Part shown: positions 11,640-24,109 of the stretch, piece by piece | Numbering within the stretch: the first letter of the stretch is position 1 | How the letters are laid out: every line of letters starts with the position of its first letter | Assembly: GCA_002104905.1 (NCBI GenBank) | Contig: MCFE01000005.1 | Location: 186,001-250,000 of the forward strand | Reading direction: 5' to 3' | Source of the DNA: Basidiobolus meristosporus CBS 931.73 | Taxonomy: Eukaryota; Fungi; Basidiobolomycota | DNA length: 64,000 nucleotides | Translations under genes and position numbers: made by a program | Notes under the pieces: generated by a model | The model's database searches: none | What the model was told of the DNA's origin: nothing | Seen by the model: the letters and a program-made list of their open reading frames with translations, nothing else

Positions 11640-14338
11640 GGGTTCTCCTGAATCTCTTTTCTTGTGATACCAATATCTTGATGGTTCAGTATTATCAGCA
11701 AGTCTTGCAAGCTTGAATCTGTCCCTATGCACTAAGTCTTCCCGGATATTGCCTTGCTTGTCCACTAGTTGGTAAGTTGCAAATGGACATTCTCTGATGA
11801 TCTTGAATGGTCCTGTCCATTGTAGCTCAAACTTCTTCCAAGTGTTGTTTCTTAGTTATACAAAGTTCCCAACTCTTAATGCTTCTGGTTCTATAGTCTT
11901 ATCAAATCTCAGCTTCATCTTTTCTGCACTTTGAGATACTTTGGTCTGTGCCTCTTGACGTCTTTGTTCCAGTTGCTGGTGTCTACTTGGCTGACTAAGT
12001 TCATCTTTTATGGTGTCTGTAAGTGTTGGTTGTGTGAGATCTCCTGGAATCCTTGGTTCACATCTATATACTAAGTAAAATGGCAATTGCTGGGTGGTGT
12101 TGTGTACTCTGACTCTGCATGCAAAGAGTGCTTGATCTATATACTTGTCCCATCTACTGAAAATTCCATTTGCATACTTGGTCAGCTTTTTCCAAATAAT
12201 TCATTTAACCGTTCAGTGACTCCAATAGTTCTGGGGTGATATGCCAAGGTTTTCAAGTGTTTGATCTGCTGCATTTCCAGGTAAGCTTCCAATGTCTTTG
12301 CCATAAAGTTTGCACCTCTATCAGATAGAATCTCTACAGGGCATCCAAACTTCATAAGGATTTCATGGTAGATGAAACTTGCAACTTCTTGTTCACTGGC
12401 TATAAGTACAGCTTTAGCCACTGGCCATTTTGTGCATGGTCAATTGCTACTAGGATCCAACAGTTGCATTTCCTTGTAGTTGGCAGTCTTCCAATAAAGT
12501 CAATTCCCCATCTTTCAAATGGTCTTACAGGCTCCAAGGGAAAGAGTTCAGCAATTCTCTGTGGTTGGCCTTGGTTGATTTGGCAATTTGGGCATGATTT
12601 CACTAGCTTCTCAATGTCTTGTTTTATTCTGGGCCACCATGCTCTGACATTCACATGACTATAGGTTCCTTCAATTCCAAGATATCCATATCCATTGTGT
12701 AGCTTATGTATTAAATCCAGGTGAGAAACATAAGGGCAATAGGCAATAGGGCTTCCATCAACAATTTGGTAGAGTGTTTCATCCTGTACTACAAATTTGA
12801 TGGCTTCATCATGGATTATCTTCTTGATATCTTCATCCACCTCATCAGAAATTACTTGGTCCTCCAAGTACTTTGGTAATAGACTAGGCCAATCTGATTC
12901 ATGCACCAAGTTGAGTTGTGCAACTTGATCTAATCTTGATAAGGTGACAGCGACTGTGTTGTTTTCTCCAGGGCTGTAGACAATCTCCAAGTCAAATTGC
13001 TGAATGTATTCACTCCATCTTGTCATTCTTCTAGAGAGCACCTTCTGAGTAAATATATACTTGAGGGAGGCATGATCAGTCTTCACAGTGCATTTGACTC
13101 CTTCAATATAGCATCTCCATGTCTTCAAACAGTGTATTATAGCAAGCATCTCCTTCTGATGGACTGGATAGTTTTGTTCTGCTGAGTTCAGTTTCTTGGA
13201 TTCAAAGGCAACAGGGTAGTCCCTTCCCTTGTGTTCTTGGCTCAGCACTACACCAATTGCATAATCAGAAGCATCTGTGCACAGAGTAAACTCTTTTCTG
13301 AAGTCAGGTATCCTTAAGCTTGGCAGCTTAGCAAGTTCATTCTTGAGTGTCTGGAAGGCAGTTTCACAAGCTATGTCCCACTTGTAGGTATTGTCTTTCT
13401 TGAGGATATCAGTTAAAGGTGCAGCAATACTTGCCAAGGACTTGACAAATCCCCTATAATAGGAAACCATTCCAAGGAATGATCTGAGTTCTGATATGCT
13501 ATGGGGCTGCTTCAGGTTCTTGATAACTTCAGCCTTCTTAGGGTCTAAGGTCACTCCTGTGCTAGTCACCATGTGTCCCAGGTATTCAGTGTGTTCCTCA
13601 AAGAATTCACACTTGGCTAGCTTGCCATATAGCTTGTTCACTCTTAGTTTCTTCAAGACCTTATCAATGTGCACCACGTGATCATCTTCTGCCTTGCTGT
13701 ATATCAATATGTCATCCTGGTAGATTATCACAAACTTGTCTAAGTACTCCTGAAAGACAGTCTGCATCAGCGTCATGAATGTGCATAAGGGCATTAGTGA
13801 GGCCAAAACTCACAGCTAAGTACTTGTAATGTCCATATCTGGTCATGAATGCTGTCTTAGGGATATCTTCTGGCTTCACCCTAATCTGGTTGTATCCTGG
13901 CATGAGGTCAATCTTGCTGAAAATAGTGGCTCCATTAAGTTGGTCCAAAAGCTCATCAATCCAAGGTATGGGGTACTTATTCTTGACAGTAATTGAGTTT
14001 AGGGCTCTGTAGTCAATGCACATCCTACGTGTTCCATCCTACTTTTTCACAAAAAGCACTGGTGCTCCCCAAGGTGACTTGCTGGGTCTGATATGTCCTT
14101 GCTCCAATAGCTGATCAATTTGTCTCTTCATTTCCTCCAAATCCAATGGACTCATTCTGTAAGGTGTCTTACTCACTGGAGGGCTATCTCCTGTGTCAAT
14201 GGCATGATCCATGTCTCTGACTGGTGGTAGGCTTACAAGCTCATCTGGAAACATGTCTGAATATTTCTTCAAGAGAGTCTGGACCTGCTGGGGTGCTGGG
14301 GTAGAGGAATCCTCTGGTAATACCACCATGAGGAACAT
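11640..14338 (-). pseudogene. Gypsy pol (RT, RNase H, integrase), frameshifted
   Basis: Motifs 'SKSPWGAPVLFVKK', 'MCIDYRALN', 'YQDDILIYS', 'TDASDYAIG', 'WGIDFIG' and 'ILSDRGANF' are spread over several frames. Confidence 0.92.
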
Positions 14339-15759
14339 CTGAGTACCTTTTTAAGTGCTATACAGAACTGGGTCTTGCTAAGTTCACTTGTCTCAGACAT
14401 ATTAGAATTGACCAAGTTGAAATCCAGCCTGGCAGGTAATAGCTCATAGGTCTTGTTGTCCTTTTGGATCTGAGTAGCATGGGTTCTCCAGTTGATTGAT
14501 GGATTACAACAAAATAGCCAGGTTTTTCCAAGTACAAGGTCAAGCTTGCAGTTCCCAAATATACAAGCCTGTAGGTCTGCTTCATAGTCATTGATCTTCA
14601 TTCTTACTGGCTGGGTAATACGGTTGATTATGTGAGAGTTCCCATCAGCTGTGGAGACTGAAGTTGATTTGGTAGGTTCTGAGTTGATTCCAGCTTTCAA
14701 GGCAAATTGTTCTGACATGTATTCATGTGATGCTCCTGAGTCAATCATGATTTTGGCAGGTACTCCATTGATCACTCCATTTAAGTACACTAACTTCCCT
14801 GAGTTTGAGATCATTTGGGACAAGTACTCTTCTGTCATATGGAAGGTAAGTTCCAAGTCTTCTTCAAGCTTATCCTCCATATTACTGTGTTCATGGGACT
14901 CAATATGGTTGATGGTTCTTGTTGGCTGGTGTCCATTTCTTCTCTGGGGGCAGTACTTTGAGATGTGTCCTTGCTGGTGGCAATTGAATCGAAGTCCTTT
15001 CTTCCTGCATTCTTCTGAGGTGGGGTTCTTCTGCATAGCATCTATTTCCATTGGCACTACTTCTGACTGTCTTCTTTCATAATGATTGTAGCCTTTCTGA
15101 TTAGTCTCTGTAGGCTTCCCAACTCCAAACATAGCTGAGTCATAGCCAATGGCAATCTTGATGGCTTCTGCAATAGTCTGAGGTCTTTGATAATTCACTT
15201 CCTTGTGAGTTCTTTCTTTCAACCCATCAATAAAGTATTCAACTTGATCCAGGGGATCCATTCTTTCAATTTGTTTAAGTAGACATCTGTACTCATAGAT
15301 GTATTCTTGAACCATTCCTTTCTGTCTGAGTGTCTTTAACTTCCTTCTTAGTAGTGTCTGCTGGTGTGGAGGTTCAAAAGCATCCTGAATTTCCGGCACA
15401 AACTCATCCCAGGTAGAGATTGTAGAGCATCCCATCATAGTGGCTGACCTGATCTTGTTGTGGTACCACTGTAAAGCTGCATCTGCCAGGTAAGAAGCTG
15501 CATAATGCAACTTGCTTTCTGGAGCAATTCCTTTAGCTTTAAAAGCTTCTTCAATCTGAAAGAGCCAAGTCCCCAGGTTTTCATTGACTCTGCCATGGTA
15601 CCGGTTGACCTTCACACTAAAGTTGCTCTTAACAGGGCTTTGCTGGCTCTGAGCTATGGTAGTCATTCCTTGTTGCTGTTGGCTGAGGATCTGGAGTAAC
15701 TGTTGCTGTTGGGCCAGGATTTGCTGCATGGCATTCTTCCATTCTTGATTGTCCAACAT
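14269..15759 (-). CDS. Gypsy Gag-protease ORF (496 aa)
   Basis: Retrotransposon capsid motif 'WLFQIEEAF..AASYLADAALQWY', degenerate zinc knuckle 'RFNCHQQGHISKYC' and aspartic protease 'IDSGAS'. Confidence 0.85.
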   Translation of the reverse strand: MLDNQEWKNAMQQILAQQQQLLQILSQQQQGMTTIAQSQQSPVKSNFSVKVNRYHGRVNENLGTWLFQIEEAFKAKGIAPESKLHYAASYLADAALQWYHNKIRSATMMGCSTISTWDEFVPEIQDAFEPPHQQTLLRRKLKTLRQKGMVQEYIYEYRCLLKQIERMDPLDQVEYFIDGLKERTHKEVNYQRPQTIAEAIKIAIGYDSAMFGVGKPTETNQKGYNHYERRQSEVVPMEIDAMQKNPTSEECRKKGLRFNCHQQGHISKYCPQRRNGHQPTRTINHIESHEHSNMEDKLEEDLELTFHMTEEYLSQMISNSGKLVYLNGVINGVPAKIMIDSGASHEYMSEQFALKAGINSEPTKSTSVSTADGNSHIINRITQPVRMKINDYEADLQACIFGNCKLDLVLGKTWLFCCNPSINWRTHATQIQKDNKTYELLPARLDFNLVNSNMSETSELSKTQFCIALKKVLRCSSWWYYQRIPLPQHPSRSRLS

Positions 15760-15806
15760 CTTGAGGGTGGTTTCTTCTTTCTTCAGGAGGGAGGTTTCTG
15801 GTTATT

Positions 15807-15816
15807 GCTGCTACCA
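15807..15816 (-). promoter_or_regulatory. Primer binding site (TGGTAGCAGC), probably tRNA-iMet type
   Basis: Lies 1 nt inside the 5' LTR and begins TGG (complement of CCA). It differs from TGGTAGCG by one CpG-type change. Confidence 0.6.
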
Positions 15817-15817
15817 A

Positions 15818-16220
15818 TGTTACAAGTCCTGGTATAAGAGTTGTAGAGGAATAGGGAGTTTAGCTAGTATTGTATTCATTATAACTTGAACTGATTTTTA
15901 TTGAGGTTCCAGCAGCTCCTTATATACATTTTGCCAGATCAATTGCTGACTAATTGTATGTCCTAATGTAGGTTGTGGCTGATGACTCATCTGATTGCAT
16001 TGTCATCACCCAATAAGATCCTACTTAATATATCTATTTCTGTCTGATAAGGATCTGCTGATTCATTTGCTGACTAAAGCTACTGATTTCATAGATAATA
16101 CTTATATACTTATAACCTAAACATATACTGATTGATTTGACTAAAAACTGATCTAACTTAATCATTCAAGCGGCAGATCATAGCAATCTAACTTAAATAT
16201 TCATGCGGCAGATCATAACA
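15818..16220 (-). repeat. 5' LTR of the Gypsy element, with a ~35-bp duplication of its outer end
   Basis: About 10 differences from the 3' LTR in the first ~125 bp by manual comparison. The unit atctaactta...gcggcagatcata(g/a)ca occurs twice at 16151-16220. Confidence 0.92.
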
Positions 16221-16320
16221 CTTCAATGTAGCATCTCCAGGTCTTCAATCAGTGCATTATGGCAACCATCTCCTTCTCATGCACTGCATAGTACTGTCCT
16301 TCTGTGTTTAGTTTCTTGCT
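16221..16320 (-). mobile_element. Older Gypsy RNase H relic, right part of the host
   Basis: Aligns to ~13102-13200 and is contiguous with 11186-11249 once the insertion and one TSD are removed. Confidence 0.75.
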
Positions 16321-17189
16321 CACCTCAAACCAGTCATTATCCTACATTGTGAGACAGAGAGGCTGGAGTTTAGTCCAACTGGGGACAGGGTCTAGCTGGT
16401 GCACAGCAAAGTGATGACTAAACTTGTAAAGAAAATCAGTAGAGTTTCTTATGGCTTTGGCTCCCTTAGCATAAAGAGGCAAAGATCTTGGGACAACTAC
16501 CAGGGCAGGTAAAGAAGATGTACACCTGGAGGATCCACAGGCATGCCTTCTGGAGGCTGATGCTCAGTAAGGCTTTGTAGATTTTTGATGCCATCAATTA
16601 CTATGGCAATATTCTCCTGAGCTTCTTGGAGTATTCAAATTACATCATGATGAACAGATATAGCTTCAAGGAGTTCATCTCTACCATTATTGTCAGATCT
16701 TCTCTTAGCAAGCTATGGATGCTCAAACATCAAGTTGTCTCTTTCAAGCATGATGTTTTCAGATTGTTCAGTCATTCTTCCTGATTTCTTTGTGCTTCCT
16801 CCAACATGGAAAGATTTAGATTACTAGCTGCAGAGGACATCTGGTTTTTCTTTTGACATATAAGAGGAAGTGTTTACCAAGTACTGTAGAATATCAACTC
16901 CAATATATTCAAGGAGATTCCTTGTTAAGCTTTTCTGCAGGTACAAGAACTATTGACATGTAAGTTTTAACCCCACTATGCATTGTAACAAGATTCCCAA
17001 AAGCCTTGATTCTCAGCTGACAGCAATGGAGGACCACCTTGCAGAGAGCATGAGCTACTTGGAACAAGCTTGTATCCTACCACTGGCATCATGGTTGAGA
17101 TTATGATGCCCAAAAGTACCAATGAGTGGCAGATCAATCAGGTGCTATCAACAGGCTAGTACTCTGTGGCACTATGCAACAAAACATGT

Positions 17190-17436
17190 TTGCTAAGCTC
17201 TCCAAGATTAAATATTATGAACTCCTTGAATAGGCTGGCCTTAGTTACTTCAATGTTTCTTGGTTATTGGTGGCTATAATAGAATAATCCTCATGTAGTA
17301 CTTATAGAACTGGATTTGCTCTATCTGGCTAATAGTAAATACTATAGTCAGCAGTAATACTTTTGAAACTGAAAGATTCCAAATATGAGTGTATCTTCCC
17401 ATTTCAAGCTCTTGAGGATTGTTTCAGACCATATAG
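17190..17436 (-). mobile_element. Old Ty1/Copia RT relic, downstream half of the host
   Basis: Minus strand reads 'LYGLKQSSRA*NGKIHSYL', continuing from 19501. Confidence 0.7.
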
Positions 17437-19500
17437 TTTTGAGATAGTAGACTATTTTGTATCAATCAGCAGCAAAAAATTTACTTGATACTTCTAGACT
17501 AGTTGTGTTCACTGTATGACCAATTTGCAGCCCCAACTTTGCCAGTTTCTTCACATATATGATCCTACAATTATTCCCCTATAGTGAAGATCTAGTTGAC
17601 ACTTTTACCAAGAATTATGTACCAACACAGAAGCTGTTACAGAATGCTCCTGAATGTTAAGAAACCCTGCTTACTTAGTGTTGCAGCTGCATTATTTCTA
17701 CAAAGGTATAAATACTGATCCTCTTTATGACTTGATAAGTACAAAGCTAGATTGGTAACTAAGGGCTATTCTCAGATCCAGGGACTAGACTTTAAGGAAA
17801 CATTTGCTCTGGTTGCCAAGCTTACCTCCATTAGGACAGTTCTAGCCCTGGCAGCTCTATACAGTCTTGGTCTATACCAAATGGACGTCAAAACAGCCTT
17901 TCTTAATGGGGATTTGCAAGAAACTCTGTATATGGAGCAACCAGAAGGCTTTACTAATCCAAAAGGCCCCATAAGGTTTGCAGACTTTGAAAATTGCTGT
18001 ATGGGCTTAAACAAGCACCCAGAGCATGTAAAACAAGATGGACACATATCTAGAGGAGATTGGGTGAATTTGTAACAATGCAGATCACAGTATATATGTG
18101 AAACAGCTCAAAATAAGTGTGATCATCCTAGTTCTCTATGTAAACAACCTACTAATAGCTACAAGTGACCAGGAGGCACTTAAACAGACAAAATCAGAAA
18201 TCTTTAGCAAGTTTGAGAAGAAAGATCTTTGAAAATTGAGCTATTTTCTTGAAATTGAAGTGAATTTGGACATACCTAAACAGAAATTTTGTTGAATCAG
18301 TCTAACTACATCAGGGACACTCTTAGATGCTTCAAAATGGAAAATTGCAAGCCTGCAGCTATCTCTATGGACAATAATCTTAAAATGAACAAATCTCAGC
18401 CAGTTTTTGTAAAAACAGCTCAAATATGGACCACAACTTTCCCTATCAATCAGTGGTTGGTAGCCTGAGGCATTTGATGGTTTTTACATATTGTGATATT
18501 GCTGCGGTAGTTGGAATAGTCAGTCAATTCATACAGAATTATGGATCAGATCAAATAACAGCAGTTAAGTGGATTTTCAAATATCTACAAGGTACTATAA
18601 ATATGGTACTGGTGTTACAAGTCATGGTATAAGAGTTGTTGAGGAGTAGGGAGTTTAGCTAGTATTGTATTCACTAAAACTTGAACTCATCTTTGTTGAG
18701 ATTCCAGCACCTCCTTATATACATTTTGCCAGATCAATTGCTGACTAATTGTATTTCTTAAAGTAGGCTGTGGCTGATGACTCATTTGATTGCATCATCA
18801 TCACCCAATAAGATCCTACCTAATATATCTATTTCTATTTGATAAGGATCTGCTGATTCATTTGCTGACTAAAGCTACTGATTTGATAGATAATACTGAT
18901 ATACTAATAATCTAATCATATAACTAATTGATTTGACTAATAACTGATTTAACTTAAACATTCAAGCAGCAGACCATAACACTGGAATACTCTGGAGCAG
19001 CTAATAGGCAAAAACTTGATGGTTATAGTGATTGAGATTGGGGTAGAGATCTGATTGACAGATAGCTAGATCACAATTTGAGAATCTCTGAGAGGAATAA
19101 GGATTAAGAAATTATTCAGTTGAGGGGGAGTGTTGAAATATTGGACTATTTGGTATCATTCAGCAGCTAAAAATTTACTTAATAAATCTAGACTAGTCTT
19201 GGTCACCATAGGACTAACTTGCAGCCCTAACTTTGCAAGCTTCTTCACAGCTATGATCCTATAATATTTCCCCAATAGTGAAGATCAAATTGACACTTTT
19301 TACCAAATATCATATACTAACCTGGAAACTGTAACAGAATACTCCTGAATGTTAAGAAACCCTCCTTACTTAGTGTTAAAGCTGTATTACTTCTACAATG
19401 GTATATAAAATGATCCTCTCTATGAATAAACAATAGTTCAACTATTGTCAATATATCTTGATAAGTTCCTTATATCCATATCGCTTCTTATATTGCAACA
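17437..19500 (+). mobile_element. Internally deleted Ty1/Copia element
   Basis: Partial 5' LTR 17437-~17735, RT ('[18 protein letters not shown]', '[12 protein letters not shown]'), PPT gagggggag, 3' LTR 19131-19500 (tgttg...tgcaaca), and a 5-bp TSD tatag (17432-17436 / 19501-19505). Confidence 0.85.
18613..18981 (-). repeat. Solo LTR of the same Gypsy family as 11250-16220
   Basis: tgttaca...cataaca, homologous to both LTRs, with a 4-bp TSD ctgg. It interrupts the Copia pol at 'YLQGTINMVL|EYSG'. Confidence 0.92.
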
Positions 19501-19909
19501 TATAGGGACTTTTTAAGCTTGCAGATCAAATGGAGGTAGTCTTGGTCAATAAGCACATCAGCAATGGCATTTTAACTTCCATTTGGGATATAAGAAACTT
19601 GAATATAACCGCAATTGCCAATATTAGTCTTATGAACTTAAACTTGGCTACCAGTGCAATAGCTTCAGGATAGGCCAGTCCTTTTATTTGATGGTATCCA
19701 GTGGCTACAAGTCTTGCTTTGTTTCTTTCAACTGTACCATCAGCTGTGTACTTTGCCTTGAAGACTCATCTGCATCCAGTTGAAACTTGGTTGATTTACC
19801 AATCAACCAGGTCTCTAGCTTGATTTGCTATCAGGGCCTGACACTTCTCAGTCATTGAAGAACTCCAGCACTTTGTCTGAGCCACAGGCTGCCATACTGT
19901 TGTGTTAAT
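19501..19909 (-). mobile_element. Old Ty1/Copia RT relic, upstream half of the host
   Basis: Minus strand reads 'TGCR*VFKAKYTADGTVERNKARLVATG...LICKLKKSL'. Confidence 0.75.
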
Positions 19910-22115
19910 CCCTATGAAAAATTATTAAGATGATCCCATCAAAAGGCCATCACAAAGTTAATGTCCCATGACTGGGAGGTACTGATCTTGTCCGGACACC
20001 ATCCAGAGACCATTGAAAAATAATTGCACCCCAGATTTCACCAAAAACTTTGTCAAAATTTTTCATCACAACAATGTATAAGTGTCTTTTGATAGGTTCC
20101 CTGTCAATTTGCTCACTTTCTGATCCCAGACACTCTATTGCCTCCTATGTTTGTGTGAATTGATTGGCTATTGCCTCTTTTTCACACTCCTTACTTCCTG
20201 ACTCAACCGTTTCTCTTACTTTTCATGCATACAAATTGGTTTATTTCCATTGAAACTTCAGTTGTGCCGCAATTGCCAATTGTATTGACCTATACAAGTC
20301 TCTATACACTACACTAATATTAAGCCAAACCCCACACTCAACAAGTAATTCCAATATGTTCTACCACTGAATAAGTATTTCTGCAGAAATGCTCTGTTTC
20401 CATAATTTTGGCAGGAAACCAACTGCATTAGGCCACTCTGCATTCACTGGTTCCCATACATCCTGGTCTAGAGCTGGCACCGCAAGTTTTAGCATCTCAT
20501 ATACCAGTCTTTGCCATACATTCTATCAATGTTCTGGTACATTTTCTTATGCACTGCTCTCAAAGAAGTACTGCAACCTCTTAGTGTGCCCATTGATGTT
20601 CCAAAATTTCAGTAAAGGCATTGTTATAAACCTTGGAGTTCTTGACATCATTGCTTTGTCTGTTAGTGGGATCTCCACTCTGTTAATAATGGAGGATGTG
20701 AAGGCTATGCTAGACAAACTGCCTTTCTCTGCAAACTCATTTACCTCACCAAAGGGTGGCTCAACTGGCTGCACTTCCAAATCTTGTGAAAACAGCTGTA
20801 TTCTTGTTGGTAATTTTTTTGGCTATAATGGCACTTATTTCTGCATGCTTCCCTGTCTCAGGCTTGGGTAGATATTTTTCTGCTTACCTTTTCCTTTATC
20901 ACTGCCTGGTCTTCAACTACTAAATTGTCTGAGTGCTTCTAGTATTGAACTTTATTTTTTCCTTGGAAAATGCTGCTGTAATGCATCTGTTTTGGCCTAC
21001 GTGTCCCTAGCTGGTACTCTGTTAGTAACCTGATGCTTTTTTCCCACTTTTTTTGAGCTCTTTGCCCAAGCTGTGCAGGGCTCTTAAGGTAGCCACTGGC
21101 TTTTATCAATACCAGGTCCTTCACTGCTACTTTTACTGAGTGCTTCTATAGTGGTACCATGCTTTTTCCTGGATAAATGATGTGCTGGTGCATCTATGTT
21201 GGCCTGCTTGTCCCTATGGCTTCTGGAATTTTAGCTCACTCTTCATCATAGCACTCAATAGGCTCACAGATCTTCAATGTGTTTTAATTTATAGACTTCA
21301 GTTGCACAGTACAGCTTCTCCCTTGCATGCTGTAATAGGTTTTACTGTGGGCTTTATCATTGGGCTCTGTTGTTGTGCTTGAAAGCTGTTCAGTATCTCT
21401 CTGCTGTTACATTGGGAAATGGCTCTATTCTTGGCTGTGACATTGAGCTACTTGAGTTCCTTCTTTGCAGCAAAGATACTGCCTTCTTTACCTGGGATAT
21501 TGATTGCTCTACACATATTATCCACTCATCCTGTCTCTGGAATATTTCCTGATTTGTCTGGGTCATTGCATCTATTCTACCAGTGACTGCACCTAATTAC
21601 CTCATTATTGGTTTAGTACAAGCTGACAACATAGTTGCAAATATTGGTGATGGTAATGTTATGATGGACACTTGCTGGTCTTCAACTGAAGGTACTTCAT
21701 TTGCTACATTCACATCTGGTTAAGCACTATGCTCAGCTTGTGGCTCCGCAGAGATTCTCATTGCCTACCTGATTAGGATCCTGTGGAGTTTACATTATTG
21801 AAATCAGTGGGCACACTGTCAACATGGCCCTTCTTAGTTGTAACCCTGCTTGTTGCATTGAATGTCAAAGCAACTTGTTGTCAAGCTGTTCTTCTTCTGC
21901 TGTCAGTAGTGAGGCTTGCTTGGGAACCAGACAACTTTGCTATATTTTTTGGCAGAATATATAAATGGAAATAAGTCAAAATAATGGGGAATTGGTGTTG
22001 AATATATGTTTGTATGTGAGGCCACAACTTTATTTATAATGCTCACTATGGCATGCCAACATTGAATCTTACATTCATGTAGGTGTAGAGTCTCAAATAA
22101 ATGTCTGTCTGGATT

Positions 22116-24090
22116 TCACATGAGTATTGAAAAAAAATGATATAATGGCATTACATTGTCAAGTGTCAAGCTGTTTGCCCTATTGAGTAGAATACTTTGA
22201 TCCAACTGCATAGGAGAGGAGAAAAAGGACCATGTGGCTATTGTAGCAAGCTTCTCAGTCATGAAGCATGCAGACAGCATTGGAAGTATCACAAGGATCA
22301 TGGCTAGTGTTTTGCCCCACTACTTATATTTGACCATATCATCAGTCACTATTGTACCAGTATTATCTTACTGGCCAGTTGATATTTCTATAACAGCACC
22401 TGGCTATACTTGTCACCTTGTGCAAACTGAGTCAGGTGAGTTTGTAATACCCTTAGGCTCACCCCAGCCTTCTGCATATAGCGTATAGTGTGAATGCTCT
22501 CAAGAAAAAGGCTAACTAATGGATTGCTAGCATATCTCCCCTAAAAAGAGTACTCTGCATGAGCCTGGTACAATCCCAATATGCAATGAGATAACACCTA
22601 TGAGAAAAACTGCCAAGGACACTTCATGGAGTCCAGTGAGCCCAGTAATCCATTCACTAGTGAATGATGTGAGGGATTGGCTAGAAATGTGGTGCTTCTC
22701 CACTAATATCAGTAATGGGGGCTCTGAGGATTTACTACTACTTCTTTCCAATATCATCCCTGGATACAACTTACCATGTACATGGTACAAATGGACAACT
22801 GTCATGTGGCTTGCAACATATGACCAAGAGACCATCCTTATATTGGCTTGTGTTAGCAGTTGCATGGCATTCACAAAATAAAATGACACCATTGCAAGGT
22901 GTGTAACTTCTCAGGAATCTGCAACTGTTGGGGGAAAGCACTGTTGACACTCTGGATATATTCCAGTAGTATCCCATCTGAAGAAGCTTATGCAGTCTAG
23001 CAGATATTGTAAGTTATAAAGTGCTGCACTCAGAATCAATAAGTGCAATCATATCCAATATATTTGATGGCATATGTTACAAGCAGTTAAGAAGCAAGGG
23101 CTACTTTGAAGGTATGCATGACCAAGCCTTTGCCTTGACACTTGATGGATTCTCATTAAATAACTACTCTGTCAGCAAATCATGCTGGCCACTGATTCTC
23201 ATTGGCCTGAATTTGCCACCTATCTCACAGTATCAGAGCAGCAATATGATGGTAGTCTCACTGGTATCTGGGCCTAAATCACTGTCCTACCAAGATAGCT
23301 GCCTGTATCCATTGCTAGATACATACAGCTTGGCAAGCTAAAGGCCATTGGCTGGATTATGGAATTAATTGGAAACCAAAGATACTTAAGATTGAGGGTA
23401 TCTGTTGGAGCAAAAGCTTTCCACCAGGAGCAATGCATTTGTTTTTCAAAAACATCTGTATACTGCTAACCAAGTGGAATATTGGGCATTTCTAGTTAAT
23501 TGAGCACTTTGAGAAATTGGGGAAGTTTGTAAAACCAGCATAAAATTACGGAGTATCTGCTACCTTGAGTACTTCTCATAGACCTTTTTTAACATTCATA
23601 CCCATATTTAACAATAAAAGTTCAAGGACTGGATAAATGGACATGTATTTATTAAAGTGGCCTTCTGAAGCCATCTTTACCAATAGTGCAATGAAGGCAT
23701 TTGGAGTCATAGGTGAATACTGTTGAAATACTTATCCAGAAGCAGATCACCAATGCCAACTTGATGCATTTGCAGCTTTTGTGCAAGAAGTTTGCAATGG
23801 GACTTTAGCAGCTATACTACAAGCATAAAGCTGAGTGTGTAGATCTCTGCCGCTACTGTATTCATTCTCTACTCCATTTTACACAGTGTGTGGAAAAAAT
23901 TGGGCCTTGCATCACCTTTTGGGAATTTCCTATGGAGTGGATGTGTGGGGAGATTGGAAGACAAGTCAAGTTGCAGGTACCACCATATCCCAATCTCATC
24001 AAGAATACTACCTTCAAGTTCATCATGGATGTGATTAGTTGGCACATGGAGGACAGCCAGAAAGAGTTGGAAAATACTGAGGACAAATGT
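22116..24090 (+). pseudogene. CMC transposase of copy 2, fragmented
   Basis: 'NIFDGICYKQLRSKGYF..ALTLDGFS..WPLILIGLNLPP..VSGPKS' and 'IGPCITFWEFPMEWMCG'. Confidence 0.8.
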
Positions 24091-24109
24091 GCTCATAGAC
24101 CTGGAAGTC

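Larger units (their letters stand above)
11250..16220 (-). mobile_element. Full-length Ty3/Gypsy LTR retrotransposon, inactive
   Basis: Two TG...CA LTRs, a PBS, a PPT and a 4-bp TSD cttc (11246-11249 / 16221-16224). Domain order is gag-PR-RT-RH-IN. No chromodomain seen. Confidence 0.95.
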
